This document shows positions 36,316 through 45,899 of a stretch of DNA of 64,000 nt, one piece after another. Position numbers and translations under genes: made by a program. The DNA lies in NCBI GenBank assembly GCA_038212275.1, contig JBBQUR010000007.1, forward strand, positions 96,001-160,000. The letters run 5' to 3'. Under the pieces are notes generated by a model, which ran no database searches, was not told the DNA's origin, and was given only the letters and a program-made list of their open reading frames with translations. Position 1 is the first letter of the stretch. Each line of letters starts with the position of its first letter. The DNA is from Planctomycetota bacterium (GTDB taxonomy: Bacteria; Planctomycetota; B15-G4).

Positions 36316-39105
36316 TCAGGGCGTGGTGCCTTCCACCGCGTTGGTGGAAGCGACTCCCTTGATGGCGACGGGGTCCGCGATCCAGACCTGGAACCAGAGC
36401 TTGAATCCGCTCGGCAGGCCCGATGGCCAGGTCGTGGAGAGCGAGTAGAAGCCCGTCGGATTGGTCGGGATCGTCAGCACGATGTTCGGCGCCGGCACGA
36501 TCGTGCCGCCCTTGAAGGGCAGGTTGATCGCGGAGAGTCCGACGAAGAAGGCCGTCGTCGCGGAGCCCTTCGCGTTGGCGACGAAGAAGGCGATGGGCGT
36601 GCCGGGTTGCAGCGTGCCGGAAGCACCCAGCACCGGCAGGCCCTTGACCCCGGCCAGCGCGCCGCCGAGATCCTGCAGCGGGTCGGCGTGAACCGGCGTC
36701 TCGTTGCGGTAGTAGCCGGCCGTCTCGTTCTGGTTGGCGACGACGAGGTCCAGGTCACCGTCGTGGTCGAGGTCCGCGAACTCCGCGTCGCGCGAGTTGC
36801 CGCCGTCGTCCGCGACGACCCCCGTGCCCTTGCTGAAGTTGCCGGAACCGTCGTTCACATAGAGATAGTTGCTCACGCCGAGCGCATTGGGCACGAAGAG
36901 ATCGAGGTCGAGGTCGCCGTCGATGTCGGCCCACGCCGCCTGGCGGGAGGCGCCGACGTCCGTGGCCACCGGGCCCGTGACCACGCGCACGAAGGTGCCG
37001 AGCGCGCCGCCCTGGCTGTTGCCCTGGTTGGTGTAGAGGAAGTTCACGGTGTCGCCGTTCGACACGAACAGGTCCTCGTCGCCGTCGCCGTCCTTGTCGC
37101 CCCACGCGCCGGAGAAGGAATTGCCGCCGTCGTTGGCCACCGGACCCGTCGTGTCGGCCACGAAGAGGCCGTTGAATCCGCCCTGCAGGCCACCCGTATT
37201 GGTGAACAGGAAGTTGTTGCCCGCGCGATTGGCGATGAACAGGTCGAGGTCGCCGTCGGCGTCCTTGTCGCCCCAGGCGACGCCGTAGTTTTCCCCGACG
37301 CTGTTGGTGATCACCGTGGTGATCGACGTGAACGTTCCCTCGGTGCCGCCCTGCGTGCCGCCCATGTTGAGGTACAGGAAGTTCTTCTCGAAATTGCTGT
37401 TCGCGAAAATGAGGTCGAGGTCGCCGTCGCCGTCCATGTCGCCCCACGAGACGTCACGGCTGGTGCCGCCCGCGTTCACGACCGGGATGCTGGTGTGCTT
37501 GAAGAACGTACCTTCGACGCCGCCCTGCATGCCGCCGAGGTTCTGGTAGAGGGAGTTGTCGCCGTTCGGATTGCCGAGGCGGTCGGCCGTCGCGAGATCG
37601 AGGTCGCCGTCACCGTCGGCATCACCCCATTCGGCGCCCCACGTGTCGCCGCCGTCGCCGATGAGGGCGCCGGTCAGCACGCGCGCGAACGTGCCCTCGG
37701 TTCCGTTCTGGGCGCCGCCGTTGTTCCGGTAGAGCGCATTGTTCTGGTTGTCGGTGTTGGCCACGTACACATCGATGTCGCCGTCGCCGTCGTAGTCTCC
37801 GAGCGCGGAATCGAAGTGCTTGAGCACGTCGGTGGCCAGCGGGTCGTCCGTGATCTTGATGAAGGTTCCGACGCCGCTGTTGCGGTACTGGAAGTTCAGG
37901 CTGCCTCCGGCCGAGGTCGTGTTGGCGATCAGGAGGTCGAGGTCGCCGTCGTCGTCGTAGTCGACAAATCCCGCAGCATTGCCTGCACCTGCGTCCGCAG
38001 CGACGGGGCCGGTGCTCACGAGCGTGAACTGGCCGCCCGCGCCGTCGTTGCGCCAGAGCGCGTTGCCGGCGGTGCAGCAGTTGGCGATCACGAGGTCGAG
38101 GTCGCCGTCGTTGTCGTAGTCCCCGAGTGCAAGGTCGTTGGTCTGGGACAGGGTGTTCACGAAGGCGCCGGTCGTCACCTTCACGAAGCTGCCTTCGACA
38201 CCGCCCTGCACGCCGCCCGCATTCAGGTACACCGCGGGCACCTGGATGAGGTTGCCGACGACGAGGTCGAGGTCGTCGTCGCCATCGAGGTCACCGAAGG
38301 CGCAGGCGTGGCTGTCGCCGCCATCGTTTGCGGGCACGACACCCGTGACCTTGGTGAAGACGCCGGAGCCGTCGTTCAGGTAGAGGAAGTTGTTCTGGTT
38401 GCTCGAGTTGGCCACGAAGAGGTCGAGGTCGCCGTCGCCATCGATGTCCCCGAAGGCCGCGTCGGAGGAATTGCCGGCGTCGGTGACCGGCGCACCCACG
38501 AGGGCCTTGCCGAAGGTACCGATGGTGCCGCCCTGCGCCCCGCCGAGGTTGCGATACAGGAAGTTGTTCTGGCCGGACGCGTTGGCGACGAAGAGGTCCA
38601 GGTCGCCGTCGCCGTCGATGTCACCGAAGGCGCAAGCGCGGCTGTCGCCGCCGTCGGTTCCAACTGCCTCGCCGAAGGCCTTGATGAACGTGCCTGTCGC
38701 GCCGCCCTGCAGGCCGCCTTGATTGCGGTAAAGCGTGTTGTTGCCGCCGCCGCGGTTGGCGACGAACACGTCGACGTCTCCGTCGTCGTCGATGTCGCCC
38801 ATGCACACGTCGTCGCTGTTGCCGCCGTCGTTGGGCAGCGGTCCGGAGGTGACCTGAGTGAAGACGCCGGCTCCGTCGTTGCGGAAGTACTGGTTGTTGG
38901 TGGTCGTGACGCCGTTGGCCACCAGGAGGTCGAGATCGCCGTCGCCGTCGAGGTCGCCCCAGGCGAAGCCGAGCGACTCGCCGGGCGTCGTCGCGACCGG
39001 ACCGCTCACCACTTTCTGGAATCCTGCCGTCTGAGCGACGACCAACGGGCCGGCGCCAGCGAGAAGGAACGCGACGGAAAGGGCGATGCAGTGCGGATTC
39101 GGCAT
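36316..39105 (-). CDS. Secreted FG-GAP/VCBS repeat protein with C-terminal PFKGG domain
   Basis: Signal peptide; 14 DxDGDGDxD repeats; ~120-aa C-terminal domain. Confidence 0.9.
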   Translation of the reverse strand: MPNPHCIALSVAFLLAGAGPLVVAQTAGFQKVVSGPVATTPGESLGFAWGDLDGDGDLDLLVANGVTTTNNQYFRNDGAGVFTQVTSGPLPNDGGNSDDVCMGDIDDDGDVDVFVANRGGGNNTLYRNQGGLQGGATGTFIKAFGEAVGTDGGDSRACAFGDIDGDGDLDLFVANASGQNNFLYRNLGGAQGGTIGTFGKALVGAPVTDAGNSSDAAFGDIDGDGDLDLFVANSSNQNNFLYLNDGSGVFTKVTGVVPANDGGDSHACAFGDLDGDDDLDLVVGNLIQVPAVYLNAGGVQGGVEGSFVKVTTGAFVNTLSQTNDLALGDYDNDGDLDLVIANCCTAGNALWRNDGAGGQFTLVSTGPVAADAGAGNAAGFVDYDDDGDLDLLIANTTSAGGSLNFQYRNSGVGTFIKITDDPLATDVLKHFDSALGDYDGDGDIDVYVANTDNQNNALYRNNGGAQNGTEGTFARVLTGALIGDGGDTWGAEWGDADGDGDLDLATADRLGNPNGDNSLYQNLGGMQGGVEGTFFKHTSIPVVNAGGTSRDVSWGDMDGDGDLDLIFANSNFEKNFLYLNMGGTQGGTEGTFTSITTVITNSVGENYGVAWGDKDADGDLDLFIANRAGNNFLFTNTGGLQGGFNGLFVADTTGPVANDGGNSFSGAWGDKDGDGDEDLFVSNGDTVNFLYTNQGNSQGGALGTFVRVVTGPVATDVGASRQAAWADIDGDLDLDLFVPNALGVSNYLYVNDGSGNFSKGTGVVADDGGNSRDAEFADLDHDGDLDLVVANQNETAGYYRNETPVHADPLQDLGGALAGVKGLPVLGASGTLQPGTPIAFFVANAKGSATTAFFVGLSAINLPFKGGTIVPAPNIVLTIPTNPTGFYSLSTTWPSGLPSGFKLWFQVWIADPVAIKGVASTNAVEGTTP

Positions 39106-39323
39106 GAGGTGGCCTCGGGTGGTCATGTGGTCATTCGTCGGGTGCGGCGAGATGGCTTGAGGGAAGCTTGAGAGAATTTGGAGACAGTCTGCTGCAGGAA
39201 GGCTCCCGGCGCACGGATTCCAGCCCTGGAATTGCCCGACGGACGGCCCGCGCAACCCTCGCTCCGTAGAAACCAGCGGGCACCGACTTTGGTTACGCGG
39301 CGCAACTCTGCCACGATGGGACG

Positions 39324-40037
39324 ATGATCGCGCTCTTCGTCGGCCTTCTCGCGGGCGTCCAGCATGCGCTGACCGGGCCCGACCACATGGCAGGTGTAGC
39401 GCCCTTCGCCGCCGGCGGCGGTCGCGCCGCCTGGCGCGTCGGAGTCCGCTGGGGGCTTGGCCACGCCGCGGGCGCCAGCCTCGCGGCGCTCGCAGCGCTC
39501 GCGGTGCGGTCCCGGCTTCCGGGCATCGAGGAGCGGCTCTCCGGCGTTTCGGAGATCGTGGTCGGAGTCGCGCTGCTGCTCATCGGGAGCCTCGGCCTGG
39601 GCACCGCCATGCGCCGAAGCATGCAGGACGACACCCACCGGCACGGGCCACTGGTGCATCGGCACTGGCGCTGGCGCTGGCGCGAGCAGCCCGCCGAGGA
39701 CATCGGAGCCGGGTGCGCGACTGGCGACACACTCGCGGAGGCCTCAGGGCCGGCACGTCATCCCCACGCAGCCTTCTGGCTGGGCACGCTGCACGGCGCG
39801 GCGGGACTGAGCCACGTCTTTGCCGTGCTCCCCGCGCTCGCCCTTCCCGGCTGGGGCCAGCCGCTCCTCTACCTCAGCGGCTACGGATTCGGCAGCCTGG
39901 CGGCCATCGCGGGCTTCACCGCGGCCCTCGGCCGCCTCCTTCCTGGCAACTCCGAGCGCTCGCTGCGCATCTCCCTCGGCGTGGCGAGCGCGGCATCCGT
40001 CATCGTCGGCGCGATCTGGATCACGCTGTCCGTCTGA
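39324..40037 (+). CDS. Nickel/cobalt transporter-like membrane protein (UreH/SodT type)
   Basis: HALTGPDH, WGLGH, a His-rich loop and GTLHG.AG. Confidence 0.78.
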   Translation: MIALFVGLLAGVQHALTGPDHMAGVAPFAAGGGRAAWRVGVRWGLGHAAGASLAALAALAVRSRLPGIEERLSGVSEIVVGVALLLIGSLGLGTAMRRSMQDDTHRHGPLVHRHWRWRWREQPAEDIGAGCATGDTLAEASGPARHPHAAFWLGTLHGAAGLSHVFAVLPALALPGWGQPLLYLSGYGFGSLAAIAGFTAALGRLLPGNSERSLRISLGVASAASVIVGAIWITLSV

Positions 40038-40056
40038 GCACGCGACGCGACGGGAG

Positions 40057-40130
40057 TGGGCCCTCTGAGGATCGAACCCAGGACCAACAGATCATGAGTC
40101 CGCTGCTCTCACCAGCTGAGCTGAGGGCCC
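40057..40130 (-). tRNA. Degenerate tRNA(CAT), Ile2-like, possibly a pseudo-tRNA
   Basis: GGGCCCT CA GCTC AGCTGGTGA GAGC A GCGGA CTCATGA TCTGT TGGTC CTGGG TTCGATC CTCAG AGGGCCC A: full 74-nt cloverleaf, but C8, G37, three G-U pairs and no encoded CCA. Confidence 0.8.
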
Positions 40131-40327
40131 GTCAGCTGCATCCACGTGCGGCGCAAGTGCCTGGACGATCGTGAGTTGGTTGCCCGAAGGCGAGCGCGAA
40201 GCGGTGGTCGGTGTCTGCTTCCATGGCAGCCCGCCAGTGTCGGGCCCCGCACTCCGTGCATGCAAGCCGCCAGACCAGGCACCAGCGATCCCGGCGCCGG
40301 GCTCCGTGCCGGCTCCGCTCACCGCGC

Positions 40328-41782
40328 CTAGCCGATTTCCATCTGCAGGCCCTGCGTGAGGGACACCTGCTTCACCGCGGCCGCGTCGGTGAAGGCGCAC
40401 TGCATGTACACGCTCACGCCGCTGATGACCGGATCGGCCGGCAGCGCCGTGGGCAGCACGAGACCGCCCGCGCCGGCGACGCCCGCCGCACCTGCGACGC
40501 CGATGGCCGGCGACAGGAACAGCGAGCTGACCGCGAAGACTCCGCCCTTGAACGGCACCGCCGCGGGGCCGAGCCCGACGAAGAGCACGCCGCTCGCGCC
40601 ACCGACGACGTCACTGATGCTCAGCGTGATGGGCTCGCCGGGCACCGGGCAGCCGCCGCCCATGAGCGCCGGTACGAACGCGCCCTTGCCTTTGAGACCG
40701 ACCGAGTACGGCACCCACGCGCCCGCACACGCCGCCACCGAGATCTCGGTGAGCTGCTCGGCCTCCGCGATGCCGCCGTTGCCGGACACGCCGATGCCCG
40801 TCGGCGTGATGGCGGTGCCATTACCGGTGCTGCCCGGCGCGAACGAGCGCAGCTTGTCCTTGAAGGTGTCGAGCACCACAGCGGTGCCGAGCGCGCTCGA
40901 CCACACGCCATCGTCGATGCGGTAGGTATCGCCCGGCGCTTGCGGGCCGGTCAGCGCGAAGGTCGAGAAGCTCATCGTCGCCGGGTCAAAGTTCAGCAGG
41001 CGGGGCAACGGAACATCAGGGGCCTGATTCGGCGCCATGCACACCACGAGCAGTTTGCCGTCGGGCATGCGCGACAGGCTCACCGGCTCCTCGAGGAACG
41101 ACGACGTGATGTCGATCGACGCGCAGGTCGGCGGCCCGAGCACGCGCGTGCCGTCGGCCGAAAGCGCCAGCTTGCCGACCACGATCTGCTGATGGCCGAC
41201 ATTGTCGCAATCGATGTGCGAGCAGCAGTACAGCGCGTTCGTGCCCGGGTCGTACACCATGCCGCGCGTGTTGAGGAACGGGCCGGCGGGCAACAGGTAA
41301 GACCCGACACCCGCGGCGTCGAGCACGCGGTGCGAGCGGTTCGCGGCGTCGATCCACGCCACGTAGCGCGGGCCGCCGGTGTTCTCGATCGCGAAGATGC
41401 GGCCGTCACCGGCCGGCGCAAACCAGATGAGCTGTGGAACGATGCCGGTATCGGAAAGCTGGCCGGCTCCATCCACCAGCCAGGTGTGCTGGCCGACGAA
41501 GGGCGGATTGGCCGTGGCGCGCCAGATGAGGCGGTGCCGGTACGGATCGAATCCGAGGCCTCCGAAGCCGTTCTGGAAATTGGACGCCTGCATCAAGGTC
41601 GTGACGCCAGAGAACGGATCGATGCGGATGAGCCCCTTCAGCGCGTCGTTGGACAACCAGAGGTCGCCCGGCGTGAAGCCGCCGGCCTGCGCGGCGCAGG
41701 GAACCGCGCCGAGCGCGAAGGCGCCGACGGCGGCGAGGGACAGCAGGGCAGCGCGCAGGGCGCTGGAAGGGGCGGCATTCAT
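40328..41782 (-). CDS. Secreted beta-propeller-like protein with C-terminal PFKGG domain (paralog A)
   Basis: Signal peptide; collinear similarity to 58368..59879. Confidence 0.85.
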   Translation of the reverse strand: MNAAPSSALRAALLSLAAVGAFALGAVPCAAQAGGFTPGDLWLSNDALKGLIRIDPFSGVTTLMQASNFQNGFGGLGFDPYRHRLIWRATANPPFVGQHTWLVDGAGQLSDTGIVPQLIWFAPAGDGRIFAIENTGGPRYVAWIDAANRSHRVLDAAGVGSYLLPAGPFLNTRGMVYDPGTNALYCCSHIDCDNVGHQQIVVGKLALSADGTRVLGPPTCASIDITSSFLEEPVSLSRMPDGKLLVVCMAPNQAPDVPLPRLLNFDPATMSFSTFALTGPQAPGDTYRIDDGVWSSALGTAVVLDTFKDKLRSFAPGSTGNGTAITPTGIGVSGNGGIAEAEQLTEISVAACAGAWVPYSVGLKGKGAFVPALMGGGCPVPGEPITLSISDVVGGASGVLFVGLGPAAVPFKGGVFAVSSLFLSPAIGVAGAAGVAGAGGLVLPTALPADPVISGVSVYMQCAFTDAAAVKQVSLTQGLQMEIG

Positions 41783-41890
41783 GGTGATCTCCGGGAAGTC
41801 GTCGCGGGCCGAGCAGCCCGTCCCGGGTACTTATCCGGGATTCCGCGCCGCTGTCTCGCGAAGACCGGCGCGGCCCCGGATTCGCCTGGC

Positions 41891-42000
41891 CTCTCGACGC
41901 CCCTCGCCGCCTCTCGACGCCTCTCGTCGCCTCTCGTCGCCCCTCTTGGCCATGGTCGCCCCTCGTGGCACTTGGTGGCTCCTCATGGCACTTGGTGGCC
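41891..42000. repeat. Degenerate 10-bp tandem array (about 11 units)
   Basis: CTCTCGACGC-type units followed by CCTCRTGGCACTTGGTGGC duplicates. Confidence 0.75.
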
Positions 42001-42105
42001 CTCGCGCGAGGCTGAACCGCGCGAGGTCGCGTCTCTGGGATTCGGCGACCCCACTGGTTAGCTTCGCCGGTGCGTCGTCCTGACGCCATCGGGAGGTCCG
42101 GTCAC

Positions 42106-42633
42106 GTGTTGTCGACGCCTCGCCTTGCCGTCGTCGCTGCCGTGCTGGTGGGCGTGTGCGCTGGCGTCGGGTTCACGACCTTCCGCTATGCCGAGGGGCT
42201 CTCCTACCTCAGCACGGACCCGCAGGCCTGCGCCAACTGCCACATCATGCAGACGCAGTACGACTCCTGGCAGAAGGCGGGGCACCACACGGCGGCGACC
42301 TGCGTGGAGTGCCACCTGCCGCACGATTTCGCGGGCAAGTACATCGCCAAGGCGGTGAATGGCTGGAACCACAGCAAGGCCTTCACGCTGCAGGACTTCC
42401 CCGAGCCCATCCTCATCACGCCGCACAATGCGCAGATCCTGCAGGACAACTGCGTGCGCTGTCACGCCGGCCTCGTAGGCGACCTGGTCGGCCCCTTCAC
42501 CGGCTCATCCAGCGGACACGCAACCGGCGACACCGCGCGCTGCGTGCACTGCCATGCGCGAGTCGGCCACGGCGTGCGCGCCGGACTCGGCGGACCGTGG
42601 CGCGAACAACCTTCTTCGGAGCAAGACCCGTGA
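42106..42633 (+). CDS. nrfH: Cytochrome c nitrite reductase small subunit
   Basis: N-terminal TM; SYLSTDP.ACANCH; four CXXCH motifs; GGGAGG RBS (alternative start 42070). Confidence 0.92.
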   Translation: MLSTPRLAVVAAVLVGVCAGVGFTTFRYAEGLSYLSTDPQACANCHIMQTQYDSWQKAGHHTAATCVECHLPHDFAGKYIAKAVNGWNHSKAFTLQDFPEPILITPHNAQILQDNCVRCHAGLVGDLVGPFTGSSSGHATGDTARCVHCHARVGHGVRAGLGGPWREQPSSEQDP

Positions 42634-44072
42634 CGAACTCGCCCCGCTCGCAGCGCGGCCGCGCCTGGCCCTACCTGCTGCTCATCGTGGTGATCGCCGC
42701 GGCGACGGCCGGAATCACCGCGCTGCTGCTCAACGTCGCCGACCGCAAGGCCGAGGGCCGCCAGCCCTACGTGCGTCTCGTCGAGGTGACCGAGGACACG
42801 ACCGACCCGGCGGTCTGGGGCACCAACTGGCCCAAGCAGTACGACACCTACAAGCTCACGGCCCTGCACACCGGCACGCGCTACGGCGGACACGGCGGCA
42901 GCGAGGCCCTGCCGCCCGAGAAGATCGAGCGCGATCCGTGGCTGAAGCGCATGTTCCTCGGCTACGCCTTCTCGATCGACTACCGCGACCGGCGCGGCCA
43001 CGCCTACATGCTGGACGACCAGCAGCAGACCGAGCGCCTGTCCAAGCCGCAGACGGGCTCGTGCCTGCACTGCCATGCGTCGATCATGCCGCTGTATCGC
43101 CAGCTCGGCGGCGGCGACGCGATGGCCGGCTTCGAGAAGACCTACGCGATGCCGTACGAGGAACTTGGCGCGCAGTTGAAGGCCTCGGGCCACGAGCACC
43201 CCGTCTCGTGCGTGGACTGCCACGACCCGCAGTCGATGGCGATCCGCGTCACGCGGCCAGGCTTCCTGCAGGGCATCGCGGCGCTCGCCGCGGGCGACGC
43301 GCCCGTGCCGGCAATGCCCTCCATCGAGCGCTGGCGCGCCGGCCCGCGCAGCGCGCCCTACGACCCGAACAAGGACGGTACGCGCGGCGAGATGCGCTCC
43401 TTTGTCTGCGGCCAGTGCCACGTCGAGTACTACTGCTCCAGCAAGTTCAAGCTGACCTTCCCGTGGAAGGCCGGCCTCACCGCAGACAACGTCGAGGCCA
43501 CGTGGAACGCCACCACGTTCGAGGGCGGCGAGCGCTTCTACGACTACAAGCATGCGGAGACCGGCGCGCCGATCCTCAAGGCGCAGCACCCGGAGTTCGA
43601 GCTGTGGAGCCAGGGCATCCACGCGCGCAGCGGCGTCGCGTGCGCTGACTGCCACATGCCCTACATGCGCGACGGCGCCACCAAGGTGTCCGACCATTGG
43701 GTGCGCAGCCCGCTGCTCAACATCGCCCGCGCCTGCCAGACCTGCCACGCCTTCCCCGAGGACGAGATGCGTGCGCGCGTGGACGCGATCCAGGACCGCA
43801 ACCACGAGCTGCTCCAGAACGGCGGCCGCGCGATCACGGATCTGATCGACGGCATCCTCGCCGCACGTGCCGAGGGCGCGAGCGATGCGCAGCTCGCGCC
43901 GGCGCTCGAGTTCCAGCGCAGCGCACAATGGCGCCTGGATTTCATCGCCGCCGAGAACTCGATGGGCTTCCACGCACCGCAGGAAGCGGCGCGCGTGCTC
44001 GGCGAAGCGGCCGATCTCGCGCGCCAGGGACAGGTGGCTGCCCTGCGCTGGGAGACGTCAGGTCAAAGGTAG
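42630..44072 (+). CDS. nrfA: Ammonia-forming pentaheme cytochrome c nitrite reductase (CXXCH-type heme 1)
   Basis: [54 protein letters not shown] and [14 protein letters not shown] overlap with nrfH. Confidence 0.93.
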   Translation: MTNSPRSQRGRAWPYLLLIVVIAAATAGITALLLNVADRKAEGRQPYVRLVEVTEDTTDPAVWGTNWPKQYDTYKLTALHTGTRYGGHGGSEALPPEKIERDPWLKRMFLGYAFSIDYRDRRGHAYMLDDQQQTERLSKPQTGSCLHCHASIMPLYRQLGGGDAMAGFEKTYAMPYEELGAQLKASGHEHPVSCVDCHDPQSMAIRVTRPGFLQGIAALAAGDAPVPAMPSIERWRAGPRSAPYDPNKDGTRGEMRSFVCGQCHVEYYCSSKFKLTFPWKAGLTADNVEATWNATTFEGGERFYDYKHAETGAPILKAQHPEFELWSQGIHARSGVACADCHMPYMRDGATKVSDHWVRSPLLNIARACQTCHAFPEDEMRARVDAIQDRNHELLQNGGRAITDLIDGILAARAEGASDAQLAPALEFQRSAQWRLDFIAAENSMGFHAPQEAARVLGEAADLARQGQVAALRWETSGQR

Positions 44073-44101
44073 TTGCCGTCGGGCCCGGACCATCCACGCA
44101 C

Positions 44102-44563
44102 GTGCCCGTGCCCGACCTGAACACCACGCTGGACGGCGGCGTACTCACCGCGCTGCTGGACTTCGAAGATCGCGACTCGCCCGGACTCTTCGAGGACCTG
44201 TGCGAGGGCTTCACGGAAACGGCGCGCCTGCTGCGGGTCGACTTGAACACGCTCGCGGGCTCGGGCCTCGACAGCGAGGAGATGCGCAAGCGCAGCCAGC
44301 GCTTCCGCGACCGCTGCATGGACCTCGGCGCCGGACGCATGGTGCTGCAACTCGACCGCCTGCTCACGCTGGCGCACCAGGAACAGCTCGTCACGCACGC
44401 TGCCGTCGCCGCAGCCGCGCGCGCCGCACTCAGTGCGGCGGGGATCCGGCGGGCGGGGTTTCCGCGCGCGGCGCGGGAGGCACGGCCGGCTCGGCATCAA
44501 AGCTGCCGCCCAGCGCGAGCAGCAGCTGTACGCGATTCACGCGCTGAAGGCCGAGCAGCTTGA
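44102..44563 (+). CDS. Hpt-like protein lacking the phosphoacceptor His; 3' end uncertain
   Basis: LD..VL..L...PGLF..L...F...LGA.RM pattern; SQRFRD stands where AHxLKG is expected; overlaps the TolC gene end. Confidence 0.45.
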   Translation: MPVPDLNTTLDGGVLTALLDFEDRDSPGLFEDLCEGFTETARLLRVDLNTLAGSGLDSEEMRKRSQRFRDRCMDLGAGRMVLQLDRLLTLAHQEQLVTHAAVAAAARAALSAAGIRRAGFPRAAREARPARHQSCRPARAAAVRDSRAEGRAA

Positions 44564-45899
44564 TCACCAGCGCGTGCGACTCGAGCGCCTCGGACTGGAG
44601 GTTGGCCACCCACAGCAGGTCCCGGGCTCCCGCGCGGTACTGAATGCCCGCAAGGCGCACGGCCTCCTCCTGGCTGCGCAGCGAGCTCGCGGACAGCGGC
44701 AGGCCCTTCGCGATGAGGCGTTCGTTCGTGAGCCCGTCTTCGACCTCGCGAAACGCGGTCAGCACCATTGATCCGTAGCGGGCCACGGCCTGCGCCTGCT
44801 CCGCAGTGGCGATCTCGATGTTGGCGCGCAGGGCGCCGCCCTCGTAGATCGGGATGGTCGCGCCGATGGCGCCGGTCGCGAGCCACGGGTTGAGGCGCAG
44901 CGTGGAGAGGAGCTGGTCGCCGAGGCGCCCGGCCGCGAGGGAGAGGCCGACGTCGGGGAGCAGGGCGAGCTCCGCGGATTCCTGCTGCCGGAACGCGGCC
45001 AGCACCTCGCGCTCGGCGGCTACCAGGTCGGGCCGGCGCTGCAGCAGGCCGAGCGGCACGCCGGATTCGATGGTCGGCAGCAGCGGGGGGTAGTCGGTGG
45101 CCGCTGCGATCTCGGCGGACGGATAGCGCCCGAGAAGTTGCTCGAGGGCGCGCCGCGCTTTATCGAAAGTCGCGCGCGCGGCCTCCACGCTGGCGCGCGC
45201 CGACTCCAGCTTGGCGTTCGTCTCGGCCACGTCGAGGTCCGTGTCCTTGCCAGCGCGGCGACGCACGCTCACCAGATCGGACAGCTCGCCGAAGACCTGG
45301 ACGGCCTGCTCGGACAGCGCGAGGAGCTGGTGCGTCTCGATCACGAGGTACCAGCTCTTCGCGACCGTGGCCACGAGTGACTGCCGTGCACGCGAGTAGT
45401 CCAGCGCGGCGGCCTCGGAGCCGGCCTCCGCCGCGGCGCGCTGCGCACGCAGCCGTCCCCAGAGGTCCAGCTCCCAGCTCGCGGTGGCAAAGGCCTGATT
45501 CGAGCTGAAGTATTCGGCGTTGTCCGAATCGCGCGTGCTGCGCGCGCCGAGCACTGCTCCCACCTGCGGGAGCAGTGCCGCCCCCACGATGACGACCGAC
45601 TGCTGCGCGATGATCACGCGCTCCACAGCCTGGATGAGGTCGCGGTTGTTGGCGAGCGCCTCGGCCACCAGCGCCTCGAGCACCGGGTCGTCGAGCGAGC
45701 GCAGCCAGTCGTCGGGCACGGGCTCGGCTTCCGGCGGCGCGGCGCCGTCCGCAGCGGCCGACCACGCGGGCGGGATACTGGTGCTTTCCGGCAGCGCGCG
45801 GGCCGTGATGTCTTCGTGGGTCGGCGGAGGAGCGAGCTCGCAGCCAGCAAGCACCGCCGCGAGGAGCAGCACGGCAGGGCTCTGGCGGAACGCGCTCAT
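44430..45899 (-). CDS. TolC/NodT-family efflux outer membrane lipoprotein
   Basis: LAGC lipobox; DP.L..LV.EAL.NN.DL, SWELDLWGR, LLQRRPD and AFREVEDGL. Confidence 0.92.
   Translation of the reverse strand: MSAFRQSPAVLLLAAVLAGCELAPPPTHEDITARALPESTSIPPAWSAAADGAAPPEAEPVPDDWLRSLDDPVLEALVAEALANNRDLIQAVERVIIAQQSVVIVGAALLPQVGAVLGARSTRDSDNAEYFSSNQAFATASWELDLWGRLRAQRAAAEAGSEAAALDYSRARQSLVATVAKSWYLVIETHQLLALSEQAVQVFGELSDLVSVRRRAGKDTDLDVAETNAKLESARASVEAARATFDKARRALEQLLGRYPSAEIAAATDYPPLLPTIESGVPLGLLQRRPDLVAAEREVLAAFRQQESAELALLPDVGLSLAAGRLGDQLLSTLRLNPWLATGAIGATIPIYEGGALRANIEIATAEQAQAVARYGSMVLTAFREVEDGLTNERLIAKGLPLSASSLRSQEEAVRLAGIQYRAGARDLLWVANLQSEALESHALVIKLLGLQRVNRVQLLLALGGSFDAEPAVPPAPRAETPPAGSPPH

Noticed and set aside
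36259..39171. 970-aa plus-strand ORF and similar long antisense ORFs (32547..35054, 48615..50948, 28454..30577)
   Set aside because: They mirror well-supported opposite-strand genes and carry no motifs.
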